The notes: a model not told the origin generated them from the sequence alone. A stretch of 64,000 nt of DNA from Hydrurus foetidus (GCA_900617105.1 UYFQ01000032.1:310001-374000); one strand, 5' to 3'; counted from the first letter of the stretch, positions 24,816 to 33,593 are shown. Made by a program: numbers and translations.

Positions 24816-25124
24816 ATGGATATTGAAAAAGTAGCCAAGGCCATTGAGGCAGATGCTGGTTTTGTGCTGCCTGACCTTCGCGAGGCTCTGGCACAGGCTC
24901 AAGCGGGCCTTGGGCGAGTCACCACACCAGAGCAAATACTGCTACGACAAGCGCGGACAAAAACAGGGCTATCGCAGCAAGCGTTTGCCCAACGCATCGC
25001 CACCTCGGTAGCCACTTTACGCGACTGGGAACAAGGGCGGTTCGTGCCACCGGGTGGCGTGCTGTGCCTGCTGCGCTTGATCGACAAACATCCTGAATTG
25101 GCCGCTGAACTCGAAACCGCCTGA
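24816..25124 (+). CDS. Xre-HTH antitoxin
   Basis: GLSQQAFA-VATLRDWEQGR HTH; starts 1 bp after the toxin stop. Confidence 0.88.
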   Translation: MDIEKVAKAIEADAGFVLPDLREALAQAQAGLGRVTTPEQILLRQARTKTGLSQQAFAQRIATSVATLRDWEQGRFVPPGGVLCLLRLIDKHPELAAELETA

Positions 25125-25655
25125 TTGCAGGTCTACCGCATCGCCATAAACCCCTTGGTCTATGAGCCGCCCACCTCATAGACCTCATAGGGGCTACGTG
25201 TTTGCCGCCGTGACCGTAAAGCCCTCGCGCCCGCGCGTACATCTCGGTGCGCCGCTCTGACAGCGTGGGATTGAAGGGACTGGGGTGTAACCAGGAGGTG
25301 TAACTACTCTGCTGCACCCTTACGCCATTGAAGGACTTCAGCCCCCACCATGAATGCGTTGGCTTCTATGATTTGCCGCTCAGTTGCCACTCTTGATGCG
25401 GAAACTGCCTTGGAAACCTCGCGTCTGGAAACCGCACGGCAATCCGTCGTTCGGGATGGTGTGCGTCAAACCTGCCTATTGAAACTTACGCAAAACCCTT
25501 TTGCGAAGATGTGCAAGTCTGTCGCAAATTGCAGCAAAAGTAAGCATTTTCCATTTCCTCAAAATGAAAGCACATGAGGAAACTTCAGCATTTTTTAGCA
25601 TTTCCCACGCGGAACACTCAGGTTTTTGCAGGTTTTCTCAGGTGAGCAAATATGC

Positions 25656-26114
25656 TCAGCCCCTGAAGTAGTCACACCGGTGCAGCACGGCCAGCACCGC
25701 CATACCTCGGGTGCAACGCCCATAGCTCAGCCCCCGGCATTCTTGGCAGTGGCGGCGATCATCTTGCTCACGGTCACGCCGGTTCAGCGTATCGGCCAGC
25801 CGGTGCGCAGCGTCCAGCCCCATTCCTTTGTCAGTGAAGCGGGCCGTTCGCACTGTGAAGGTGTCCAGCTCCACCGCGTTCATGGCGGTGCTGTGTGGCC
25901 AGCACCAGCGGTCAGGGTCTGGTTTGATGGCTGGGTCAGCGTCTTTGGGCGATGCTGTGGGGTCGTTTGCAGCCCCCTCCCTTTTTTGAATATGCTCAGG
26001 GTACGACCCTACAAAACCTACGAAACCCCCATTTTGAGGTTTTGTAGGTTTCGTAGGGTCGGTTTCAGGGGCATCCTGACTTTTCAGACTTTGAAGGCGT
26101 GCCAGCCAATTCAT
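25656..26114 (-). CDS. Satellite hypothetical protein overlapping iterons; C-terminal CxxC
   Basis: ATGA-coupled to the primase; PTKPTKP/GFVGFVG is encoded by inverted DNA repeats; CQEC-C-C. Confidence 0.6.
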   Translation of the reverse strand: MNWLARLQSLKSQDAPETDPTKPTKPQNGGFVGFVGSYPEHIQKREGAANDPTASPKDADPAIKPDPDRWCWPHSTAMNAVELDTFTVRTARFTDKGMGLDAAHRLADTLNRRDREQDDRRHCQECRGLSYGRCTRGMAVLAVLHRCDYFRG

Positions 26115-28573
26115 GGCGAAACTTTCACCGATGCCGTCATTGCAGCCGGGTTGATGGCGTAGCGTTCGCTGGGTCTGCCACCTGTTGGGCCGGAATGCAC
26201 GACCTCACGGCGCAACCAATCGTAGTCGGCCAGCACCTCAGCCGCTTTGCGCACCGCCTCGGGGGTGGTCAGCTCAGCCCAGCCTTTGACAGCGATCATG
26301 CGCGGGGTGAAGCCGTCCAGCACCACACCATCCCGGTCTGTCAGCTTGCCCGCTCTGATTTTGGTCAGCAACGCCCTTGCCCCCGATGTTTCAGGCGTGA
26401 CCGCTGCCGCGTAGAGCCTGTCTGCATGGGTACGCAGGTACTCACTCCACGCCAGCGCACGCATCAACTCACGGGCATGAACCACTTGGCCGTTGTCTGG
26501 GGTGTCAATGTTGGCGAACACTAACGCCAGGGCGGGGATTAGCTTGCGGTACTTGGCGAGGTGGCTTTCCATTGCGGGGTGGAGTTCACCGCCTTGGAGT
26601 TCTTGCTCGAAAGCGGTACGCCACTCCACAAACAAGGCTTGAGCCTCGGGGCTGAATCGCCATACATTGGCCTCGGTGTCGCTCGCTGGGGCAAGGTTGG
26701 CCAGCCGCTCGAATACCGCCCATGCTGTGGTCTTGGCGGGTGTGTCGGGCCATTGGTCAACGTGGACAAATCCACCCCCCGTGTCGGGCCACACGGTCAG
26801 GCTGAAGCGCTGCAACAAGCCATCATCGGCGCTGCCACCGGCCACAGCATCCCGCACATAGGATTGAATGCGCCCCGGTTGAATGCCGCCGATCATCGCC
26901 AGACACACGCGCGGAATGTGCAGGGTGCCACGTGCGATGCGGTCAAAAGTGTAGCCCTGATTCCCGTCATAGCCTTGCAGGTAGAAAGACCGCGCCCCTT
27001 CCTGCCCTTGCTTGTCCATGCCGGTCAGCAGGCCGTAGAGTTCATCGCGGTAGCTCAGGGTGCCCCACGGGTTCGCGGTCAGTATTTCACCCAGCTTTTC
27101 CACGGTGGCATCGTTGACGATGTAGCGCCGGGCCAGGGGTTCCTCGGTGGTGGCTGCGGGTTCCAACAGGGCACGCGCTGCAAGGGGGTCTTTGACGGCG
27201 AGCGCTTTGGCCTTGCCTGCCCGCTCTGCGTTTTGCAGCTCGGTGACTTTGCAGTCCAGTACCCACGCCTCATGGGATTCTTTGTGGCGCTCGAACTCTG
27301 CGCTTTGCAAGCGGTGCAAGGGTTTGAGGGCTTCACTCAGCGCCGGGGATTTCATCGCGCCGGGTCTGCCCACAATCAGCCCCCAGAGGTTGGGGGTGAC
27401 TTGCCAGTCGTCGCGCTCTTTGGGGTGAACCACGGCTTTGGCACCGATCAGGCTGGACAAGGCCACCACCGCGCCCACGGCGGCAAAGTCTGGGGGGCAC
27501 TGCATACGGTGTGCAATGTCCAGCACCCAGCCCCGCAATGCCTCGGGCAGCAAATCGGCATGGAAGGCCATCACCGGGAGTAGCGCCGTGGGTAGCGGGG
27601 TGGGTTCTGGCCATGCTTGCAATGGGTTTGCAACAGGCTCCGCACTGAGTGCAGAATTACCAGCCCCCCATGCTGGCCGTGCAGCCCCCATGCACTGCAC
27701 GACAGCCCCAGCCCCGGCGAGCTGGTGCAGGTCGTTGAAGTCGGTGGCCTTGTCGGGGCGGTCTTCTCCAAACAGGGGGGTGGCGATCAAGCCATTCACG
27801 GCGTGGGCTGCTGCGCTTGCTTTGGTCATGCCTGGGTTGCCCTCGGTCAGGTGGTCGTCGTCTGCGGCTATGCACAGAGTCAGGGTGGGGTACTTGGCTT
27901 TCAAGGCGATGGCGACGGCTTCCAAGTTGCCCGCGTTGAAGGTCACGGCCACGGCGTGCTGTGTGGCTTCAAAGATGCTGGCACCGGTGGCGAAGCCTTC
28001 GCACACGACCAACATCCCGCCAGTGGGTTTGCCTATGGCGTGGTAGCAGCCTTTGACCCGTCCACCAGGGTGAAAGCGCTTGCTGCCATCGGGTGCGATG
28101 GTTTGCAGGCTGTGCAGCTTGCCCGCTGTGTCGCGCATGGGAATCAGCAGCGTGTCACCGAATACCCGCACACCGTGGGGCTGGATACCTTTGGTAGTCA
28201 GGTAGGGATGCGCCGTGACCAGCTCAGCGTTTGCCCACAGCCGCGCCACGGCTTCGCGGGCCTGCTGGTGCTGGGTGGCTTTGTCGGTTTCGCGCTGAGC
28301 CTTCATGGCCTGGGTGCGCACGCGGTGGGCTTCGCGCTCGGCCTCGGTCATGTCGTTGTCGGCCTTGCTGCACCAGGGCACCGTGAGGGCAGAACGCCAG
28401 TCCCCAAAGGCACCGGCGGCGATGCCATCAGTGTGCAGGATGTACCAGCCGGTTTTATCCGGGCGTGTGTCGGTGCTGAAGCGGTGCAACTTGCCATCAT
28501 CAATGAGGGCATCGGGCGGGGTCAGTCCAGCGGCTGCTATGGCGATTTGGAAGTGTTCGGCGGGGTTACTCAT
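26111..28573 (-). CDS. TOPRIM primase fused to DUF3987/YfjI-type helicase
   Basis: VCEGFATG and AADDD TOPRIM motifs; GRPGAMKS Walker A; DELYG; DGLLQRF. Confidence 0.9.
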   Translation of the reverse strand: MSNPAEHFQIAIAAAGLTPPDALIDDGKLHRFSTDTRPDKTGWYILHTDGIAAGAFGDWRSALTVPWCSKADNDMTEAEREAHRVRTQAMKAQRETDKATQHQQAREAVARLWANAELVTAHPYLTTKGIQPHGVRVFGDTLLIPMRDTAGKLHSLQTIAPDGSKRFHPGGRVKGCYHAIGKPTGGMLVVCEGFATGASIFEATQHAVAVTFNAGNLEAVAIALKAKYPTLTLCIAADDDHLTEGNPGMTKASAAAHAVNGLIATPLFGEDRPDKATDFNDLHQLAGAGAVVQCMGAARPAWGAGNSALSAEPVANPLQAWPEPTPLPTALLPVMAFHADLLPEALRGWVLDIAHRMQCPPDFAAVGAVVALSSLIGAKAVVHPKERDDWQVTPNLWGLIVGRPGAMKSPALSEALKPLHRLQSAEFERHKESHEAWVLDCKVTELQNAERAGKAKALAVKDPLAARALLEPAATTEEPLARRYIVNDATVEKLGEILTANPWGTLSYRDELYGLLTGMDKQGQEGARSFYLQGYDGNQGYTFDRIARGTLHIPRVCLAMIGGIQPGRIQSYVRDAVAGGSADDGLLQRFSLTVWPDTGGGFVHVDQWPDTPAKTTAWAVFERLANLAPASDTEANVWRFSPEAQALFVEWRTAFEQELQGGELHPAMESHLAKYRKLIPALALVFANIDTPDNGQVVHARELMRALAWSEYLRTHADRLYAAAVTPETSGARALLTKIRAGKLTDRDGVVLDGFTPRMIAVKGWAELTTPEAVRKAAEVLADYDWLRREVVHSGPTGGRPSERYAINPAAMTASVKVSP

Positions 28574-28824
28574 GCGCGTTCTCCTGGGGGACTGGTGGTG
28601 GTGGCGTGGCTGTTTGCGGGGCGGGTGGCGGCTCTTTCGGCACTGGCTGCGAGGATGCGTAAAAGCCCGACAGCGCCCTCTGCCCGGTCTGCGAAGTCGT
28701 AGGCGTAATCCCAGTCGGGTACTGATTTACGAATCTCGGACAAGGCCACCAGGAGGGCGGATTCAGCCCGTATCAAGGCCAGGGCGAACTCGGTGGCGGC
28801 GGCGGGTGTGGCGGTGGTGTTCAT
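28570..28824 (-). CDS. Small satellite hypothetical protein
   Basis: ATGA-coupled on both sides within the replication operon. Confidence 0.65.
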   Translation of the reverse strand: MNTTATPAAATEFALALIRAESALLVALSEIRKSVPDWDYAYDFADRAEGAVGLLRILAASAERAATRPANSHATTTSPPGERA

Positions 28825-29198
28825 GCTGCACCGCCTTTCAGAACTGCCTGTGCGCAGTCCCCCAGCTCTTCAATGCTGGCCTGTGTTTGGCTGCAAGCGT
28901 GGGCTGCGTCCAGCAGCATCACTTGCATGGCCGTGGCGTGTTCGATGCTGAACCGGTCGTTGTTGATGGATATGCCTTGGTCGTTCAAATCCTTCGCCAG
29001 TGGGGCACACCATTCAGCTTTGGAACGAATCGCGTCCAGTGTGGCAATGGCCCCAAACATCCAGCTTGCAAGGCGTAGCGCCCCCTCAGCTTTGCCTATG
29101 TGCTCGTAGTCTGACAGCTCAAAAATGCCTGCCGTCAAGGTCTCCAATGTGGGCGTGGCTGTGGCGTTGGTGCCCGTGGGCGTGTTGGTCGTGCTCAT
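28821..29198 (-). CDS. Small satellite hypothetical protein
   Basis: In the operon; ends with KGGAA that supplies the RBS for the next gene. Confidence 0.65.
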   Translation of the reverse strand: MSTTNTPTGTNATATPTLETLTAGIFELSDYEHIGKAEGALRLASWMFGAIATLDAIRSKAEWCAPLAKDLNDQGISINNDRFSIEHATAMQVMLLDAAHACSQTQASIEELGDCAQAVLKGGAA

Positions 29199-29201
29199 GA
29201 T

Positions 29202-29432
29202 TTAAGCCCCCACCGTTGCTGCGTTTTGCTGCGTTCTGCTGCAAGCGTGCTTCAGCAGGGTCAGTGCCCGGTTCGCTTTGGCCGTGGCGGCGTGCAGATT
29301 GATGGCTGCACTGCCGGGGTGACGAAGGTGGTACAGCGCCATGCTCAGGGCGTTCTCGGCCAAGGCGTGGAGTTGGATGCTGTCGATGGCGTGGCCCGCT
29401 GTGGGCGTGATGGTGGTGTTGACCTGGGTCAT
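29202..29432 (-). CDS. Small protein downstream of the C4-like RNA (Icd/kil-like position)
   Basis: GGAG RBS before ATG 29432 (MTQVNTT...); the RBS overlaps the antisense target. Confidence 0.6.
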   Translation of the reverse strand: MTQVNTTITPTAGHAIDSIQLHALAENALSMALYHLRHPGSAAINLHAATAKANRALTLLKHACSRTQQNAATVGA

Positions 29433-29486
29433 GGTTTCTTCTCCGGAATGAGACTGAAAACCACCGTTTGCGTTTCTACGCGCATT

Positions 29487-29555
29487 GGGTGGGTGGGGTG
29501 TTAGAAACATGGATTCCGCCATGCGGCCAGCCTTGCGGACAAGCCCATCCCACCC
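29487..29555 (-). ncRNA. C4/P4-CI-like antisense immunity RNA
   Basis: 11-bp outer stem and two inner hairpins. Loop CGGAAU and bulge UUUCUA are complementary to paired sites both upstream and downstream. Confidence 0.75.
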
Positions 29556-29613
29556 GTAACCAGCGGCGTGCGCGTGACCAAAGGCCACACGTTCACCAAA
29601 ATTGGGGCGTGAT

Positions 29614-29635
29614 AAAACCCCACTTAAGGCGGGGG
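29614..29635 (-). terminator. Terminator-like hairpin after the upstream antisense target
   Basis: Minus strand reads CCCCGC-CTTAA-GTGGGG-TTTT. Confidence 0.5.
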
Positions 29636-29732
29636 CTGAGACCTCGGAATCAACGGTGTTTCTACGCACCATCCCTCTCGGGACGTGGGCAGTATAGCGG
29701 GAATGATGCCGCGTGAGGCTTGCTGAAACCAA

Positions 29733-29761
29733 TTGACGTTTAACGCCATGCGTTATACACT
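29733..29761 (+). promoter_or_regulatory. higBA sigma70 promoter with palindromic operator
   Basis: TTGACG-N17-TACACT; TAACGC-CAT-GCGTTA palindrome in the spacer; ATG 7 nt after the -10 box. Confidence 0.75.
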
Positions 29762-29768
29762 TTGCGTC

Positions 29769-30047
29769 ATGATTCAAAGCTTTAAATGTGCGGACACAAA
29801 AGCGCTGTTTGAGGGGCAAGTGGTGGCGCGGTTTGCCAATCTGAGCACGGTGGCGACACGCAAGCTCCAAGTACTGCACAGCGCCTTGTTGCTTATGGAC
29901 TTGCGCGTTCCGCTGGGAAACCACCTTGAGGCGCTCATGGGCAACCGTGCAGGGCAGCACAGTATTCGCGTGAATGACCAATGGCGCTTGTGTTTTGTGT
30001 GGACACCCACCGGCCCCGCAGCCGTTGAAATTATTGATTACCACTGA
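29769..30047 (+). CDS. higB: HigB toxin
   Basis: MIQSFKC-T-LF, DLRVPLGNHLEAL-GQHSIRVNDQWRLCF, EIIDYH. Confidence 0.93.
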   Translation: MIQSFKCADTKALFEGQVVARFANLSTVATRKLQVLHSALLLMDLRVPLGNHLEALMGNRAGQHSIRVNDQWRLCFVWTPTGPAAVEIIDYH

Positions 30048-30059
30048 AGGAGCTATTCC

Positions 30060-30389
30060 ATGACTACCACCACTGAAATCCCTGTCAACGGTATGCGCCC
30101 CATCCACCCCGGCGAGGTGCTGCGTGAGGAATTCATTACCCCGTTGGGACTGACCGCGCACGCCCTGTCGATGGCGCTGCAAGTCCCCGCACCTCGTATC
30201 AGTGAAATCGTGCGCGAGCGCCGGGCGATCACTGCTGATACCGCCTTGCGGCTGGCTAAGTACTTCGACACCAGTGTTCAGTTTTGGCTGAACCTGCAAA
30301 CTGACTACGACGTTGCTGTCGCACGCACCACCATGACCGCCGTCCTTGACCGAATCAGCCGCTGCGAAGGACTGGCAGCCCATGCGTGA
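30060..30389 (+). CDS. higA: HigA antitoxin
   Basis: HPGEVLREEF, RAITADTALRL and FWLNLQ motifs. Confidence 0.95.
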   Translation: MTTTTEIPVNGMRPIHPGEVLREEFITPLGLTAHALSMALQVPAPRISEIVRERRAITADTALRLAKYFDTSVQFWLNLQTDYDVAVARTTMTAVLDRISRCEGLAAHA

Positions 30390-30613
30390 CTTGCTGCGCA
30401 CGAATGTCCCAGCGGCATAGCCCCTGCAAATAACCCGGCTGGGGCTGCGCACCAGTTCTGCGTACCGGCTTTGCGTACCGTCGTTGTGCAGCGCATCCAC
30501 CAGCCCCCAAGCGTTCACCGTGGTGTTCAACACCGTGGCAGAATCAGGGCTGTAGTTGGTTTGCTTTGGGCCTCGGATGTTTGCAGCGTCCGGGGCTTTC
30601 GTCTTTGTGGGGT

Positions 30614-30904
30614 TCATGCTTTTGTTCCTGTGGTGTGGTGCAAAACGTAAGCGCCAACGCGGTGAACGACACCGGCCTCGGTCACGACCTCCATCCAATG
30701 CCGCTGAATGTCTTCACCCCGCTGGCGTAAGTCCTTGATGCGGGCGCGTGGGTCGTAAATGTCCAGGTGGCGCGATGCCTCCAAGCTGTTGACGAAGGGG
30801 AGTTCGCTCAGAGCTGCCTTCAAACGAATGCATTGGGTCGCGCCGGTCACGCCTTTGAAGCGATCGCGGATGGCGTGCAGGGTGTTGATTTTTTCGGAGT
30901 TCAT
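30614..30904 (-). CDS. Winged helix-turn-helix protein
   Basis: EASRHLDIYDPRARIKDLRQRG pattern, typical of satellite HTH genes. Confidence 0.75.
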   Translation of the reverse strand: MNSEKINTLHAIRDRFKGVTGATQCIRLKAALSELPFVNSLEASRHLDIYDPRARIKDLRQRGEDIQRHWMEVVTEAGVVHRVGAYVLHHTTGTKA

Positions 30905-30917
30905 GGTTTTTTCTCTT

Positions 30918-31280
30918 TCATGGCCAGCAGGCCAGTTTTTCCCGGATGTGGGCGATGGCCTGGGAGAACGTGCCCTCCCGGTAGCCGCCGTGGATGGTGT
31001 GAATCAGCGCCTGCCAGGGTTCGCGGCTACGGCGGTAGAACAGCAGCGGCTCAGCCCCGGCCTTTTGGCCTTGCTTGCAGGCTTGTTGCCACCAAGACGG
31101 GCGGGATAGCTTTTCGTGGCGTTTGCACTCGATAGCGAAGCCTTGCACCATCAGGCAGTCAGCCCCACCGGCGCGGGCTTGATCGACGTTGCGCCGTACT
31201 TCAATACCGAGTTCGTCTTGCAGCAGGCGGCACAGCTCACGCTCAGCAGCCGCGCCTTTGTTGCGTTGGGATGCGCCCAT
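30918..31280 (-). CDS. PD-(D/E)XK nuclease, Holliday-junction-resolvase-like
   Basis: KGAAAERE-GAD-IECK motif order; start at MGASQ (31313 is an alternative). Confidence 0.7.
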   Translation of the reverse strand: MGASQRNKGAAAERELCRLLQDELGIEVRRNVDQARAGGADCLMVQGFAIECKRHEKLSRPSWWQQACKQGQKAGAEPLLFYRRSREPWQALIHTIHGGYREGTFSQAIAHIREKLACWP

Positions 31281-31284
31281 AGCG

Positions 31285-31605
31285 TCAGGTGGTGACGGAT
31301 TTGAGGTGGGCATTGCGCAGCTTGGTAGCCGCTGGTTTGGGGTAGTCCGGTGGGGCTGGTGGTGCGTCCCCGGTCATTTTGCGCAGCCATTCCCGCACGT
31401 CACCAACTTTCCAGGCGCTCACACGATCAGAGAGTTTTACGGGCGCTGGGAAGGTCTTGGTTTTGACCTTGCGCCACAGTGTCGGGCCGCTGAATGGCAG
31501 TACCGGCGTGGCGTTGGGCCGCTTGGGGCTTTGAACGAGTTGGGACTCGCGGATGTAGGCACTGTCTGCCAGTGCGTCGAAAGGGGATATGAGTTGGGGT
31601 GACAC
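31285..31605 (-). CDS. alpA: AlpA-family regulator/excisionase
   Basis: LPFSGPTLWRKVK-FPAPVKLS-SAWKVGDVREW. Confidence 0.88.
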   Translation of the reverse strand: MSPQLISPFDALADSAYIRESQLVQSPKRPNATPVLPFSGPTLWRKVKTKTFPAPVKLSDRVSAWKVGDVREWLRKMTGDAPPAPPDYPKPAATKLRNAHLKSVTT

Positions 31606-31701
31606 GTTGCGCCTTGCTGTTTGAACAGGGGCGAGTGTTCGATTTTCGTGCTGTTAGTTGGTGCAATTGCCAAGCTGAATTGGCAATTGCCAGTGAACCC
31701 G

Positions 31702-32541
31702 TTATTTCATGCGGACTTCCAGCGCATCAGGAATTTTTTTCAAATGCTCTTCGATAGCACGCTTGGATACATGCGCTCCCAATTCTTCAGTTATCCCCTC
31801 AATGTAGAGTGCCACTTTACCCAGGCGGCTAGAGTCATCTAGCGACACATTTGCAGCTTTGGCCAGGGCCGCAATGATGGTCAGGAGTGTGTCCCGCTCT
31901 CGCTTGAGTAGGGGTTTTTCAGGTCTATCCCGCTTAGCTGAACGTCTATACGCCGCAAGCTCTTCATAAAGAGCCAATTCAGCTTCAGGAGTTCGATGGT
32001 TAGGCGAATTCACTCCGCCATACTGAGTAAAAACATTGTTCAATTCCTCCTGAAAATTCGGGGTTTCGGCTTTTCTTCTTTGATTTTCTGACTCCTCTAC
32101 GCCAGCATTCAGGATTTCATGCTCTTGGTTTCGATACTCAGTCCATAACTCACCCAGTTCAATTCGTCTAGCGGTACACCAAGCAGCAAACGCGGAATCT
32201 ACAACCCACGTATCGTCAAGATTCACACAATCATCTAAGGACGTTCTCAGCACAACAGGCTTTAGTTCGCCTTTTCCAAGGCTAAGACGTACCGCATCTG
32301 AGACTACTTTTATCGCTCGGCTCATTCCTCCTGTCGCCTCAATTCGGAAATAGCAGTGAACATTGCTGGTCTCGTGGAATGGATTAAGTTCACTATCCAC
32401 GTATTCGATGCCACACGCATTGCCACCGTCATCAATGCAGGCAATTCGAATGGCGGTGCTCAAACGTATGCAAATATCATCAAAATTATCAACTTGGAGG
32501 TAAAGCACCTCAATCGGATAGTTCAGGTTTACATCACCCAT
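31702..32541 (-). CDS. AT-rich hypothetical protein with HTH-like C-terminus
   Basis: 279-aa ORF; C-terminal ERDTLLTIIAAL-VSKRAIEEHLK; lies upstream of alpA. Confidence 0.7.
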   Translation of the reverse strand: MGDVNLNYPIEVLYLQVDNFDDICIRLSTAIRIACIDDGGNACGIEYVDSELNPFHETSNVHCYFRIEATGGMSRAIKVVSDAVRLSLGKGELKPVVLRTSLDDCVNLDDTWVVDSAFAAWCTARRIELGELWTEYRNQEHEILNAGVEESENQRRKAETPNFQEELNNVFTQYGGVNSPNHRTPEAELALYEELAAYRRSAKRDRPEKPLLKRERDTLLTIIAALAKAANVSLDDSSRLGKVALYIEGITEELGAHVSKRAIEEHLKKIPDALEVRMK

Positions 32542-32682
32542 TGCGTCCCCTGTCTCGCACCTGAAAAGAAAACCAGCGCCGCCGGGTCAGGGAGTCCCGG
32601 TGTTCACCTCGGGTAATTAGTCCGGGGCTAGGCGTGGCCTAAAACTGTTGCCAGCCGCGTTTCAAACGCGAGTGGTCTTCAC

Positions 32683-32874
32683 TCAATCCGGTAGCACTTC
32701 CCGCCCCACAGAAGGCATAGCGTCCCACGCTTGATCTATCGTCAAAGGGGCATCCCGCTGCATGGTCAGCAAATCGGCCAAACGGATAACTTTCCCCGCC
32801 TTGTGCTGCGCTATCGACTTGGCAAGATGCGCAGCGTTCGCAGGCGTGGACAGCAGGTACTCGGTTTCCGTCAT
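32683..32874 (-). CDS. Orphan YefM/Phd-like antitoxin fragment
   Basis: ETEYLLSTPANAAHLAKSIAQ resembles the YefM toxin-binding C-terminal helix; no partner toxin alongside. Confidence 0.5.
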   Translation of the reverse strand: MTETEYLLSTPANAAHLAKSIAQHKAGKVIRLADLLTMQRDAPLTIDQAWDAMPSVGREVLPD

Positions 32875-32978
32875 GGCGTGGCCTTTCGTGTGTTTCCAAC
32901 TTTCCGTATTCTGCATTTTTTGAGTGGGTGGCTACTGAGTGTCCACCCCTTCCCCCTGCACCGTGGTGAACCCATTCA

Positions 32979-33143
32979 GGGGGGGGTTTGTAGGTTTCGT
33001 AGGGTCGCAGTAGGCCCATATTCAAAAACACGGGGGGAGGTTTCGTAGCGTTCGTAGCGTCCCTCCAGCCCCATATTCAAAAGTACAGGGGGGTTTCGTA
33101 GGTTTTGTAGGGTCGTACCCTGGGCATATTCAAAAAAGGGAGG
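32979..33143 (+). repeat. Three ~55-bp imperfect direct repeats carrying GGTTTYGTAG iterons
   Basis: Each unit is a G-run, two iterons, then CATATTCAAAA. Unit 33089-33143 matches 25976-26030 inverted at 54/55 nt. Confidence 0.85.
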
Positions 33144-33593
33144 TACGCCATGAAGTTCATCAAATCAATGGTTACTCCATATTGGTAGTTAATAGTTTGC
33201 TATCAATATAGTAGTAAGTGAAAAAATGAGTCCTACGCGAGAGGAAACCCCCCGTGAGAAAACGACCCCGTGAGGGTCAATCTGGGGATAGGGGTCTGGG
33301 AAATTTCCTGATATGCGGAAGTGAAAATTGAGCTAAACCTACGGTCTTTAGCCCCTGACCCTCCAAGGAATGAAAGGGCATACCCCCATTTTGATTATTT
33401 CTACAGGGGGATTTAACCTGCGAATGGGAAAACATGCGGTCTAGGCAGGGTCGATTCGTTCAGGGATTTACACCCCCCTACACACCACGCGGTGGGCGAT
33501 GGCTGGCCTGTAGCTGTGGGGCTTGGTCATGCTGCCCGGTGTAGCGCAGGCTGTTAGCAAATGTTAATGTTCGCGCCAAAGTAGCGGTCACGG

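Noticed and set aside
26561..29078. Plus-strand ORFs of 340, 361 and 257 aa in the island
   Set aside because: Antisense to the primase operon; no motifs or convincing RBS.
32979..33143. Three spaced repeats as a CRISPR array
   Set aside because: Units are imperfect along their whole length, have no unique spacers and no cas genes; iterons explain them better.
33220..33590. Possible cos/pac site downstream of the integrase (short CCCCGTGAG repeats, G-runs)
   Set aside because: No specific match to a packaging site that I can support by eye.
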